Assembly (NCBI GenBank): GCA_964562445.1 | Contig: CAZLSZ010000006.1 | Coordinates: 1 to 44,482 of the forward strand | Reading direction: 5' to 3' | DNA: 44,482 nucleotides | Source of the DNA: an uncultured Gammaproteobacteria bacterium | GTDB taxonomy: Bacteria; Patescibacteriota; Microgenomatia; Levybacterales; UBA12049 | Part shown: positions 6,426 through 14,525 of the stretch, one piece after another | How positions within the stretch are numbered: position 1 is the first letter of the stretch | Layout: each line of letters begins with the position of its first letter | Made by a program: the position numbers and the translations under genes | Notes under the pieces: model-generated | Databases searched by the model: none | Told to the model about the DNA's origin: nothing | What the model saw: the letters and a program-made list of their open reading frames with translations, nothing else

Positions 6426-7421
6426 TTAGAGTGGTTTTATTTTGCCTGTGAAGCTGTCAAAGCAGATCGCATTGGAAATGTTATCCAAAATAGCCTGCAG
6501 ATTGGATGCATTGACTGTTTTGTAATAATGATTCTCCAATGCCGGAGACGCGATTTCTTGCAAGAGTCTTTCAAGGTAGGGATACAATACCATATCACTC
6601 GCGTAATTGGGACTATATACATTGATGGAAAAAATATTTACTCCCATAGCTTTAATATCATTGGGGATATTTACTGGAACACGAGGATCCTGCTCTCTGG
6701 CAAAACATCTGTCTGCCGGCGCAGTGTTGGGATCGGGAGTCTTAACATAACAGGAATCAGGGGTTTGTTCGCCAGGCGGAATTTCAGGCACGCCATCAGT
6801 CATAAGAATTACATTATATACGTACTCAGGATATACTTCGTCATCAATCATTTCCTTTACCCGTTCATATACTAAGTTCATACCGTCTTTCGTCCTCGTC
6901 CATCCGTCAGGTTGTAAGCCGTTAATTGCATTATCGACGTCTTTTTTTACATCTTTATATAGATTAATTGGAACCTCTTCGTTGACATCCTTGCTAAATG
7001 TATATAATCCGATAACGGATTTACCACCCATATTGTTGGTAAAATAACGCAGCGCTCTTTTGATATTTTCCATTTTCCCTTCAAATTTCATTGAACCGGA
7101 GGTATCTACAAGAAAGATCATAGCGGAGTTTTCCGCGCAGGAGTTGACGTTAAACGTTTTTAGTTGGAGATTATTATCCTTATATCCGAAGCCTCCCGTG
7201 GGGGGGACAATTTTCTGTTTGGGATAATCATCAGGATTGTAATACGGTTCAAGCGTTGGCGGACCTCCGGGGCCATTTGGATCAACCGGCACGACAGATC
7301 CTGATGTCACAAAGGCACCAGCTATAACAAGTCCCATAATTGCTACAATAGAAGCTGCGCTTGTATGCCCGCTTCTATATGGCAATGGGGGACGACTTCC
7401 TTGCTGTTGTACTTTTGCCAT
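6426..7421 (-). CDS. Membrane-anchored von Willebrand factor A (vWA) domain protein
   Basis: N-terminal TM (IVAIMGLVIAGAFV), MIDAS motif FLVDTSGSM, and later ILMTDG. It starts 5 nt downstream of the Hint-protein gene, so the two are probably one operon. Confidence 0.8.
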   Translation of the reverse strand: MAKVQQQGSRPPLPYRSGHTSAASIVAIMGLVIAGAFVTSGSVVPVDPNGPGGPPTLEPYYNPDDYPKQKIVPPTGGFGYKDNNLQLKTFNVNSCAENSAMIFLVDTSGSMKFEGKMENIKRALRYFTNNMGGKSVIGLYTFSKDVNEEVPINLYKDVKKDVDNAINGLQPDGWTRTKDGMNLVYERVKEMIDDEVYPEYVYNVILMTDGVPEIPPGEQTPDSCYVKTPDPNTAPADRCFAREQDPRVPVNIPNDIKAMGVNIFSINVYSPNYASDMVLYPYLERLLQEIASPALENHYYKTVNASNLQAILDNISNAICFDSFTGKIKPL

Positions 7422-7426
7422 ATTGT

Positions 7427-8275
7427 TTAGATTGCGCTTCCGCCAGTATACCCTCCACCGCTTCCGCCTTTATTATGAGCTAAAACGCCGTTCGCATAGA
7501 AGTTGAAAAAGCCGCTTACTTTTCGCAGATTGTATGTTTGCACATTTCCTCGGGTTAGCATAATGGACATAATCCTTACGTATTTGCCATCTTTTTTGAG
7601 CACTTTGTCTCCTGCGTCAAGTTTTCCGACATGCAGATTTGCGTTTTCTTTCAGTGTTTTTTCCGGAGCTATTGCTTTCCAGCCATCCTGAGTATAAAGT
7701 GGGTGTTCATTAGTCAACTGTACTTTTGTCCCATCTTCTAATGACACTGTATAATAGTGATCTCGGATTGGCGATTCCATTTCCAGTACGACTTCAGCAA
7801 CTTGTTTCTTTCCATCCCATCCCATAACTTTATCGCCTGCTCGTACATCTTCTATATTTTTTTCGGTTTTGTCTGCCATCAGAATTTTTGTCCCTTTGAC
7901 AAAGCATGTGTATCCGCCGCCATCACCGCCACCAGTGGCCGGCGGAGGTGTTGTGGGTGTAGGCGTCGGTGTCGGCGTCGGTGTGGGTGAAGGTGTAACG
8001 GTAATACCAGGAAAATCTTCTAATTGTAAATTATCATGAGCAGGAGGCCTATCTCCACCTTGGATAATGACAGGCTGATTATTGTCAGGTGAAGCAACTC
8101 TGGGAGCCGGATTTCCCAACATCATTGTGGCTCCTCCGATTAGAATGGAAATGAGCAAGATTCCATAGATTGTTCCTGCATTTATCATGCCTTTGGATTT
8201 TTTTGTGCCAAAAAATGATCTATGCAATTTTTTATGGGGGGTTACTTTATGTTTTTTACTCTTCATTTGTTTCAT
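7427..8275 (-). CDS. Membrane-anchored protein with PT-linker and C-terminal Hint (bacterial intein-like) domain
   Basis: Basic N-terminus plus TM (IYGILLISILIGGATMML), then PSPTPTPTPTPTPTTPPP. The Hint blocks are CFVKGTKILMADK (A), LTNEHPLYT (B) and NGVLAHN (G). Only 14 aa follow the HN. Confidence 0.8.
   Translation of the reverse strand: MKQMKSKKHKVTPHKKLHRSFFGTKKSKGMINAGTIYGILLISILIGGATMMLGNPAPRVASPDNNQPVIIQGGDRPPAHDNLQLEDFPGITVTPSPTPTPTPTPTPTTPPPATGGGDGGGYTCFVKGTKILMADKTEKNIEDVRAGDKVMGWDGKKQVAEVVLEMESPIRDHYYTVSLEDGTKVQLTNEHPLYTQDGWKAIAPEKTLKENANLHVGKLDAGDKVLKKDGKYVRIMSIMLTRGNVQTYNLRKVSGFFNFYANGVLAHNKGGSGGGYTGGSAI
7472..7906 (-). other. Hint / BIL domain (Cys124 to Asn268 of the 282-aa protein)
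   Basis: The Cys codon is at 7904-7906 and the terminal HN ends at 7472. The residue after HN is Lys, not Cys/Ser/Thr. Confidence 0.75.
7940..7993 (-). repeat. Short tandem (ACN CCN)n tract encoding the PT linker
   Basis: The plus strand reads ggtgtaggcgtcggtgtcggcgtcggtgtgggtga, encoding a Pro-Thr/Pro-Ser (PT-type) linker of about 18 aa. Confidence 0.7.
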
Positions 8276-8288
8276 AAGTAGTATATTC

Positions 8289-8318
8289 AGCTTACTATCA
8301 AAAGTAATTTGATGTCAA
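8289..8318 (-). promoter_or_regulatory. Promoter of the Hint/vWA operon (TTGACA-18-TAAGCT)
   Basis: The minus strand reads ttgaca tcaaattacttttgatag taagct, ending 13 nt before ATG 8275. Confidence 0.5.
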
Positions 8319-8334
8319 TACACGCATTTAGCGG

Positions 8335-8363
8335 TTGCGTGTTTAGCAAGATTTTTGTATAAT
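8335..8363 (+). promoter_or_regulatory. rpsB promoter TTGCGT-17-TATAAT with TG extension
   Basis: TTGCGT at 8335-8340 and TATAAT at 8358-8363, preceded by tg. A leader of about 70 nt carries an AAAGGA SD. Confidence 0.65.
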
Positions 8364-8434
8364 ACATCAATCAAACACATTCGGTTTTGTTATCCTGAAG
8401 TTGATTCTAGCCGAATGGAAGTGAAAGGATAATT

Positions 8435-9268
8435 ATGAAAAATATTACTCTTGAAGAATTATTAGAAGCAGGGTGTCACTTCGGACATCAGGTATCACGT
8501 CAGAACTCCAAAGCAAAAGAATATATCTTCGAAGCCCGCGATAAAATTCATATAATTGATCTTGAAAAGACAAAAGAAGGTCTCGATGAGGCTGCAGAGT
8601 ATATCAAAAATGTCGCAAAAAGTGATGGTACGATGCTTGTATTGGGTACAAAGAGACAGGCGGAAGCAGTGCTGCGGGAAGAGAAAAAGCGTTTGGAAGA
8701 TGCTGGGGTTGAGGGCATGTATTTTGTGACAAAGAGGTGGATTGGCGGGACACTTACCAATTTTTCCGAAGTCGCGAAAAATTACAAAAAATTGAAAGAC
8801 CTCTCCGAAAAATTGCAGGACAAAAAAGAACGTGCGAAATATACAAAGAAAGAATTAAGCGGTTGGGAGAAAAGTAAAGTTAAGCTTGAAGGCTTTTATG
8901 GTGGTATCGCAACAATGCAGAAACTCCCTGATGTCCTTTTTATCATTGACACTCATCAGGAACATGTCGCGGCAGGTGAGGCATTGAAAGCCAAAATCCC
9001 AACTGTCGGTATTACGGATACAAACGCGGATCCTACTATTATCAGTTATCCCATTCCTGCAAATGATGATGCTGTAGGCAGCCTGAAACTCATTATCTCT
9101 CATATTTTTGATGCATGGGCTGAAGGAAAGAAAGGTGTCGTAAAGAAAGAAGAACCAAAAGAGACAGGGAAAGAATCAGCAAAGACAGAAGATAAAAAAG
9201 AGGCTCCCGCGAAAAAAGAAAGTAAAGAAAAGAAAGAAGCAGCTCCCAAAAAAGAATCAAAGAAATAA
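8435..9268 (+). CDS. rpsB: 30S ribosomal protein S2 with Lys/Glu-rich C-terminal extension
   Basis: LLEAGCHFGHQVSRQNSK, FIIDTHQEHVAAGEA and GITDTNADP. The tail is KKEEPKETGKESAKTEDKKEAPAKKESKEKKE. Confidence 0.93.
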   Translation: MKNITLEELLEAGCHFGHQVSRQNSKAKEYIFEARDKIHIIDLEKTKEGLDEAAEYIKNVAKSDGTMLVLGTKRQAEAVLREEKKRLEDAGVEGMYFVTKRWIGGTLTNFSEVAKNYKKLKDLSEKLQDKKERAKYTKKELSGWEKSKVKLEGFYGGIATMQKLPDVLFIIDTHQEHVAAGEALKAKIPTVGITDTNADPTIISYPIPANDDAVGSLKLIISHIFDAWAEGKKGVVKKEEPKETGKESAKTEDKKEAPAKKESKEKKEAAPKKESKK

Positions 9269-9272
9269 AGCC

Positions 9273-9301
9273 TTGATTCCTATGTGAAAATAGGGTATTG
9301 T
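9273..9301 (+). promoter_or_regulatory. tsf promoter-like TTGATT-17-TATTGT
   Basis: TTGATT at 9273-9278 and TATTGT at 9296-9301. ATG 9313 follows 11 nt later. Confidence 0.45.
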
Positions 9302-9312
9302 ATACAACATAT

Positions 9313-9768
9313 ATGGCACAAATTGATTTAAAAACAATTAAGAAATTACGTGATGAAACTTCCGCCTCTGTTGCGGATTGCAGACGTGCGCTTGATGAAG
9401 CAAAAGGTGATGAGAAAAAAGCGCTTGCATGGTTAAAAAAACGGGCGGGTGAAATTGCTGCCAAAAAGGCTGATAGAGATACTTCTGAAGGGCTTATTGA
9501 AGCATATATTCATGGAGCGGGTAAAGTCGGCGTACTTGTCGAATTACTGTGTGAGACAGATTTTGTCGCAAAGACCGAAGAGTATAAAAAATTAGCAAAG
9601 GAAATCGCGATGCAGGTAGCTGCGATGAATCCCGAAGACGTCGATGCGCTTCTCAAACAGGACTACATTCGTGACAGTAGTGTTACCATTGAACAGCTTG
9701 TAAAAGATGTTATCGGTAAGTTGGGCGAAAATATTACTATTAAAAGATTTGTCAGGTTTGAGATATAA
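9313..9768 (+). CDS. tsf: Elongation factor Ts, very short form (151 aa)
   Basis: MAQIDLKTIKKLRDETSASVADCRRALDEAKGDEKKALAWLKK (UBA-like N domain) and LLCETDFVAKTEEY. Confidence 0.85.
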   Translation: MAQIDLKTIKKLRDETSASVADCRRALDEAKGDEKKALAWLKKRAGEIAAKKADRDTSEGLIEAYIHGAGKVGVLVELLCETDFVAKTEEYKKLAKEIAMQVAAMNPEDVDALLKQDYIRDSSVTIEQLVKDVIGKLGENITIKRFVRFEI

Positions 9769-9794
9769 GTGTTTCCATTAAAAATATAGCAGCT

Positions 9795-10346
9795 ATGGAT
9801 CCGGTTTCACAGAAAACAAAACAAAAATTGCAAAAAGTCCTAGACGTACTACAAGATGATCTCGCTACTATCCGTACAGGCAGAGCAACTCCTTCTCTCG
9901 TTGAAAGTATTTCCGTTAGTGTGTATGGCGGTTCGACAAGATTGAAAGTCATGGAGCTCGCGACGATCGGCGCGACTGATTTGCAGACACTTGTTGTTAC
10001 CCCTTTTGATCAGTCAACAATTCATGATATTCAGAAAGGTATTGAGAGCGCAAATATCGGTCTTAATCCGGTCATTGATGGGACACTGCTGCGTATTTCT
10101 TTGCCCCCACTTTCACAAGAGCGACGATTAGAACTTTCCAAAGCAATGAAGCATAAGCTTGAGAACGGACGTATTATGGTACGTCAGGTCCGTCATGAAA
10201 TGATTGAGGATATGAAAAAGGATTATGAAGGACGGGAAGACGACATCAAACGGCTTGAGAAAGAAGTGCAAAAACATGTTGATGAGACGATGGAAACGAT
10301 TGATGAATGGGGAAAACAGAAAGAAGCAGAATTGATGCAAATATAA
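9795..10346 (+). CDS. frr: Ribosome recycling factor
   Basis: DLATIRTGRATPSLVESISVSVYG, LNPVIDGTLLRISLPPLSQERR and RQVRHEMIEDMKK. Confidence 0.92.
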   Translation: MDPVSQKTKQKLQKVLDVLQDDLATIRTGRATPSLVESISVSVYGGSTRLKVMELATIGATDLQTLVVTPFDQSTIHDIQKGIESANIGLNPVIDGTLLRISLPPLSQERRLELSKAMKHKLENGRIMVRQVRHEMIEDMKKDYEGREDDIKRLEKEVQKHVDETMETIDEWGKQKEAELMQI

Positions 10347-10379
10347 TTATTATTTCCTCTATTTACTCCGTGAAATTAA

Positions 10380-10388
10380 TGTTATAAT
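10380..10388 (+). promoter_or_regulatory. Extended -10 element (TGtTATAAT) of rseP
   Basis: tgttataat is followed by catttt and then ATG 10395. No SD is present. Confidence 0.5.
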
Positions 10389-10394
10389 CATTTT

Positions 10395-11582
10395 ATGATA
10401 CTTACAGCTCTTGTTTTTTTACTGATTCTTTCCGTTCTCGTTCTTATCCATGAAGCAGGTCATTACTTTACTGCGAAAAAATTCGGTATAAAAGTTGAGG
10501 AATTCGGTTTCGGTTTTCCTTTGACACCTCCACTATGGCAAAAGAAAAAAGGCGAAACAGTGTATTCTTTTTATCCGCTTTTGATAGGAGGATTTGTAAA
10601 ACTGTATGGAGAAGACGAAGCCGGAAGTGGAAAGATCGCATCAAAAAATGAAGCCGCGAATAAAAAAGGCGGAGACCTCAAGCGCGCATTCTTTTCCCGA
10701 CCTGTTTGGCAGCGTTCTGTTGTCGTTGGAGCAGGTGTTGTGATGAACACATTGTTGGCGATTATTCTTTACTACGCATTCCTCGGCATGTCCGGATTCA
10801 AAACGGAATTGCCTTTATTGGGAGATCATAAATTCTTTGGTGCCAATCAAACTGTGCAGACGCAGGTAGTGGTGAGTGAAGTTTCTCCTAATTCTCCTGC
10901 CGCAAATGCCGGACTTAAGCCCTTTTCTCAGATTATTGATATAAACGGCGTAAGAATGCATGATATGGATACATTCTCTCGTACCATCAAACAGAATGTT
11001 GGCAAGCCGTTAACGATTACATGGAAAGAAGATAAAACAGGGAAAACGAGTACTGTTACTGTTATTCCCCGAGTTAATCCTCCCGCGGGACAAGGAGCAT
11101 TGGGTGTAGCATTTTTCCCCGTAAATACCGTGACATTGGCGTATGAGACACCGGCTCAAAAGGCATTTTCAGGTATCGTTCATCCGACAAATTTGATGCT
11201 ATATAACTTTGATGTTTTAGGGCAATTAATTAGTGTATCTATCAAAGAAAAGAACGCCGCACCGATTAGCCAAGGTGTTTCCGGACCTGTCGGTATTTAT
11301 TCTGTCGTGGGATCAATTGTAGATCTTCCTGATATGCGTGATCGAATCATGCAACTGCTTAATTTGGCGGGACTGCTTTCTATTTCTCTTGCGTTCTTTA
11401 ATATTTTACCCATTCCCGGCTTGGACGGAGGACGGTTGCTTTTCATCGTGCTGGAAGGGCTGACAGGGAAGAAAGTAGATCCGAGGATAGAAGGATATTT
11501 CCATGCTGCTGGAATGGCTATTTTGCTTCTCTTATTGCTTTTGGTAACCATTAAAGACGTATCACAGCAATTTATCAAATAG
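10395..11582 (+). CDS. rseP: RseP-type site-2 protease (M50) with PDZ domain
   Basis: HEAGHY zinc motif in the first TM, PDZ-like SPNSPAANAGLKPFSQIIDINGV, and FNILPIPGLDGGRLL. Confidence 0.9.
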   Translation: MILTALVFLLILSVLVLIHEAGHYFTAKKFGIKVEEFGFGFPLTPPLWQKKKGETVYSFYPLLIGGFVKLYGEDEAGSGKIASKNEAANKKGGDLKRAFFSRPVWQRSVVVGAGVVMNTLLAIILYYAFLGMSGFKTELPLLGDHKFFGANQTVQTQVVVSEVSPNSPAANAGLKPFSQIIDINGVRMHDMDTFSRTIKQNVGKPLTITWKEDKTGKTSTVTVIPRVNPPAGQGALGVAFFPVNTVTLAYETPAQKAFSGIVHPTNLMLYNFDVLGQLISVSIKEKNAAPISQGVSGPVGIYSVVGSIVDLPDMRDRIMQLLNLAGLLSISLAFFNILPIPGLDGGRLLFIVLEGLTGKKVDPRIEGYFHAAGMAILLLLLLLVTIKDVSQQFIK

Positions 11583-11636
11583 CCTCTTGTTGACTTTGTT
11601 TTGGGTATCTGTTTCACTAAATTAGGGACATTTTTT

Positions 11637-12278
11637 ATGGCAAATCAGGAGCTTGTTGCATTAATAAAAGAAAAATTCAGCAAAGGGGAAAGGCGCGAAG
11701 ATATAACCGCTGAGCTGCAAAATGAAGGATGGGATATCGGAGATATCGATCAGGCAGTATCGTATATACAGCATGAAGCGCTCAAACAATTACCCATAAT
11801 TTCTGGATTATTTAAAAAATTTGAAGTCCTGGAAGCAAAAACCGCAAATGCTTCTCCTACGTTTACGATAATCATATTGTTTGCCACAATAGCTCTGGTC
11901 GGAATTTTTTCGTATGTATTATTTCTTGTTTTTGATCCTATGAATGTTAAAGCAAATGATCGCGATAATAAAAGAGAAGCCGATTTTGTTAAATTACGTA
12001 CAGCCATAGAACGTTTTCATAATGAAAAAAAACAATTTCCTCCAAGGCTTGATGTCTTATCGCCAACGTATATCCCTACCATCCCTCTTGATCCCAAAAC
12101 AGGTGCTCAATACGAATACAAGCGTACTACAGCAGGGAATTATGAGCTTTGTGTACTTTTTGAGACAAAAAATATAGCGTGTTCATCCTCAGGTACGGAT
12201 AAGGCAGAAAGTATTCCGCAGGTGAATATGAATCCGCAGGAAAGCGAGTCTGATACATCGGGAGCAAATGCGTTATGA
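11637..12278 (+). CDS. Bitopic membrane protein with pilin-like (GspG/type IV pilin head-like) extracytoplasmic domain
   Basis: Soluble N-domain of about 75 aa, then a TM (FTIIILFATIALVGIFSYVLFLVF). The head reads NDRDNKREADFVKLRTAIERFHNEKKQFPPRLDVLSPTYIPTIPLDPKTGAQYEY...YELCVLFE, typical of pilin heads. No G/FTLIE prepilin cleavage motif is present. ATG 11637 is preferred over the track start 11601. Confidence 0.55.
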   Translation: MANQELVALIKEKFSKGERREDITAELQNEGWDIGDIDQAVSYIQHEALKQLPIISGLFKKFEVLEAKTANASPTFTIIILFATIALVGIFSYVLFLVFDPMNVKANDRDNKREADFVKLRTAIERFHNEKKQFPPRLDVLSPTYIPTIPLDPKTGAQYEYKRTTAGNYELCVLFETKNIACSSSGTDKAESIPQVNMNPQESESDTSGANAL

Positions 12279-13042
12279 GGACCATATCGAATTATTTGCA
12301 AACTCGTCATATCCGCAACCATACAAATGAAGGGATCACTATTCTACCGGTAAACAATGTAGAAGAGGGAATAGCAGCTGCTAAAGAATTATTGTATACA
12401 ATTGTTGATAGAAAGACTGTTGTCTATCTGTCAGGGGGAAGCACACCCAAAAATTTATATACCATTCTTGCTCGTGAAGAACAACTTGATCCTGCCGCGG
12501 TTGGGATGGTAGACGAGCGGTATGGAAAAAAATTCCATGAGAAAAGTAATGAGAAAATGTTTCGGGAGACAGGACTTCTGCGGTATTTTCAGATGCGGGA
12601 TATTCCTTTTTATCCATATATAACGGATAATGATATATCTCGTGAATCGGCAGCAGAAAAATATGACCAACAGATGCGTTCACTCAATGCCACATTTCAG
12701 CAAAGTGTCGGGATTATGGGAATCGGACAGGATGGGCATACATCGGGGATAGCTCCAAATAGAGGAAGGGAATTCGTTAATCCGATGTTTGAAGACGATA
12801 GGAAGCATGTACTCGTGTCAGAATTCAATGATCCCAAGAGTATGTATGGCGAACGAGTGAGTATGACTTTTTTGGGAATTTCACTTCTTGATTATATTAT
12901 CGTTCTTATTTTTGGAGATGATAAAAAACATGCCTTAGAGTTACTTTTTTCTGAAGGTTCAGAGACAGAAATTCCATCACGAGTATATAAACGCCCTGAA
13001 TTAGCGCAAAAGACACTTTTCATTACAGACCAAAACGTATAA
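12275..13042 (+). CDS. pgl: 6-phosphogluconolactonase
   Basis: VVYLSGGSTPKNLY and GIGQDGHTSGIAP. The ATG overlaps the upstream stop (ATGA). Confidence 0.8.
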   Translation: MRTISNYLQTRHIRNHTNEGITILPVNNVEEGIAAAKELLYTIVDRKTVVYLSGGSTPKNLYTILAREEQLDPAAVGMVDERYGKKFHEKSNEKMFRETGLLRYFQMRDIPFYPYITDNDISRESAAEKYDQQMRSLNATFQQSVGIMGIGQDGHTSGIAPNRGREFVNPMFEDDRKHVLVSEFNDPKSMYGERVSMTFLGISLLDYIIVLIFGDDKKHALELLFSEGSETEIPSRVYKRPELAQKTLFITDQNV

Positions 13043-13057
13043 AATGAAATACCTATT

Positions 13058-14518
13058 ATGAATCCATTTGTTATCGTCATTTTTGGAGCGACGGGAGACC
13101 TCGCGAAACGAAAACTTTTTCCCGCTTTATTTTCATTGTATAAAGAAGGGCTGCTCGGAGGAAAAGACAACAAAATGTATATTGTAGGATTTGCGCGCAG
13201 ACCCTTTGGTGATAAAGAATACGCGGATATGATTGGAGAAGCGCTTGATCTGAAAGGAAACCCCGAATGGGAAAATTTTGCAAAGAATATTTATTATCAG
13301 CAGGGATTTTTTGATGAAGGAGCAGGGTATAATGGACTTATTAAAAAGTTAAATGATTTTGATGACGAGATTGGGGCGTGTATTACCCGTCTATTTTATC
13401 TCGCTACACCTCCTGATAATTATTCTGCTATCCTTCACCATCTTGCGTCCACGAAATTATCTGAAGGCTGCGGACAGGGATCGGAGAAATGGACACGACT
13501 TGCGATTGAAAAGCCTTTCGGTAAAGATTTAGATACTGCCAGACAGCTTGATAAAACCTTGGGAGAGATATTTGAAGAGCGACAAGTATATCGGGTAGAT
13601 CATTATTTAGGGAAAGAAACGGTACAGAATATGCTTGCGTTCAGATTTGCAAATAGTATTTTTGAACCTATTTGGAATAATAAGTATATTGACCATGTTC
13701 AAATTACATGGTCCGAAACAGCGACAGTTTCGCGGAGAGGTAATTTTTTTGATGGTGTCGGGATGTTGCGGGATGTTATGCAGAATCATCTTATGCAGAT
13801 TATGGCGACAGTGACGATGGAACAGCCCAAGAGTTTTACCAAAGAAGATGTTCGTGAACAACGTGCGAAGGCTATTAAATCCATACGTTTGTTTGATTCA
13901 GCGTCTGTCAGGGAGAATGTAGTGCGGGCACAATATGAAGGATATACCGAGGAAAATGGAGTCGCGAAAGATTCGCGGACAGACACGTATGTCGCGATGA
14001 AATTGTGTGTGGATACGCCGCGTTTTTCGAATGTTCCGTTTTATCTCCGAGCAGGCAAAGCAATGGAGAAAAATTTGGTGGATATAAAAATTGTTTTTAG
14101 ACAGACGTGCCATGTGCTTTTTAAGGAATACGGCTGTCCGGAGGTCGGCAATGTACTGACGATTAAAATTCAGCCCGATGAAGGGATAGGAATACGTGTT
14201 ATTACCAAGCAACCGTGGCAGCAGCGTCATGAGGAGAAACTTCCTGATTTGGCGACAGTGGATATGAGCTTTGATTATCAGCAGTCGTTTGGTGGGCACG
14301 GACTTGAAGCATATGGAAGAATACTTCTGGATATTCTGCGGGGAGATCAGATGCTGTTTAATCGTTCGGATGAATTGGAATCATCATGGGGATTAATGTC
14401 CAGTATACTGCGTGGTTGGGAAAATGATAAAGATGATCTTTCTCTCTATCCTGTCTGCTCTTCCGGTCCTGAGATTGCGGACGCATTGATTGTCAAAGAC
14501 GGCAGGAAATGGTTATAA
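13058..14518 (+). CDS. zwf: Glucose-6-phosphate 1-dehydrogenase
   Basis: IFGATGDLAKRKLFPAL, RVDHYLGKETVQN and QNHLMQI. Confidence 0.93.
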   Translation: MNPFVIVIFGATGDLAKRKLFPALFSLYKEGLLGGKDNKMYIVGFARRPFGDKEYADMIGEALDLKGNPEWENFAKNIYYQQGFFDEGAGYNGLIKKLNDFDDEIGACITRLFYLATPPDNYSAILHHLASTKLSEGCGQGSEKWTRLAIEKPFGKDLDTARQLDKTLGEIFEERQVYRVDHYLGKETVQNMLAFRFANSIFEPIWNNKYIDHVQITWSETATVSRRGNFFDGVGMLRDVMQNHLMQIMATVTMEQPKSFTKEDVREQRAKAIKSIRLFDSASVRENVVRAQYEGYTEENGVAKDSRTDTYVAMKLCVDTPRFSNVPFYLRAGKAMEKNLVDIKIVFRQTCHVLFKEYGCPEVGNVLTIKIQPDEGIGIRVITKQPWQQRHEEKLPDLATVDMSFDYQQSFGGHGLEAYGRILLDILRGDQMLFNRSDELESSWGLMSSILRGWENDKDDLSLYPVCSSGPEIADALIVKDGRKWL

Positions 14519-14525
14519 TAATAGT

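Noticed and set aside
7940-7993. PT-linker microsatellite as a phase-variation switch
   Set aside because: The unit is 6 nt, so slippage stays in frame. It would change only linker length and not expression, and the tract is short and imperfect.
7427-8275. Canonical self-splicing intein inside a host gene
   Set aside because: There is no recognisable split host protein. The +1 residue is Lys, and only 14 aa follow the domain. It is better described as a BIL/Hint autoprocessing domain.
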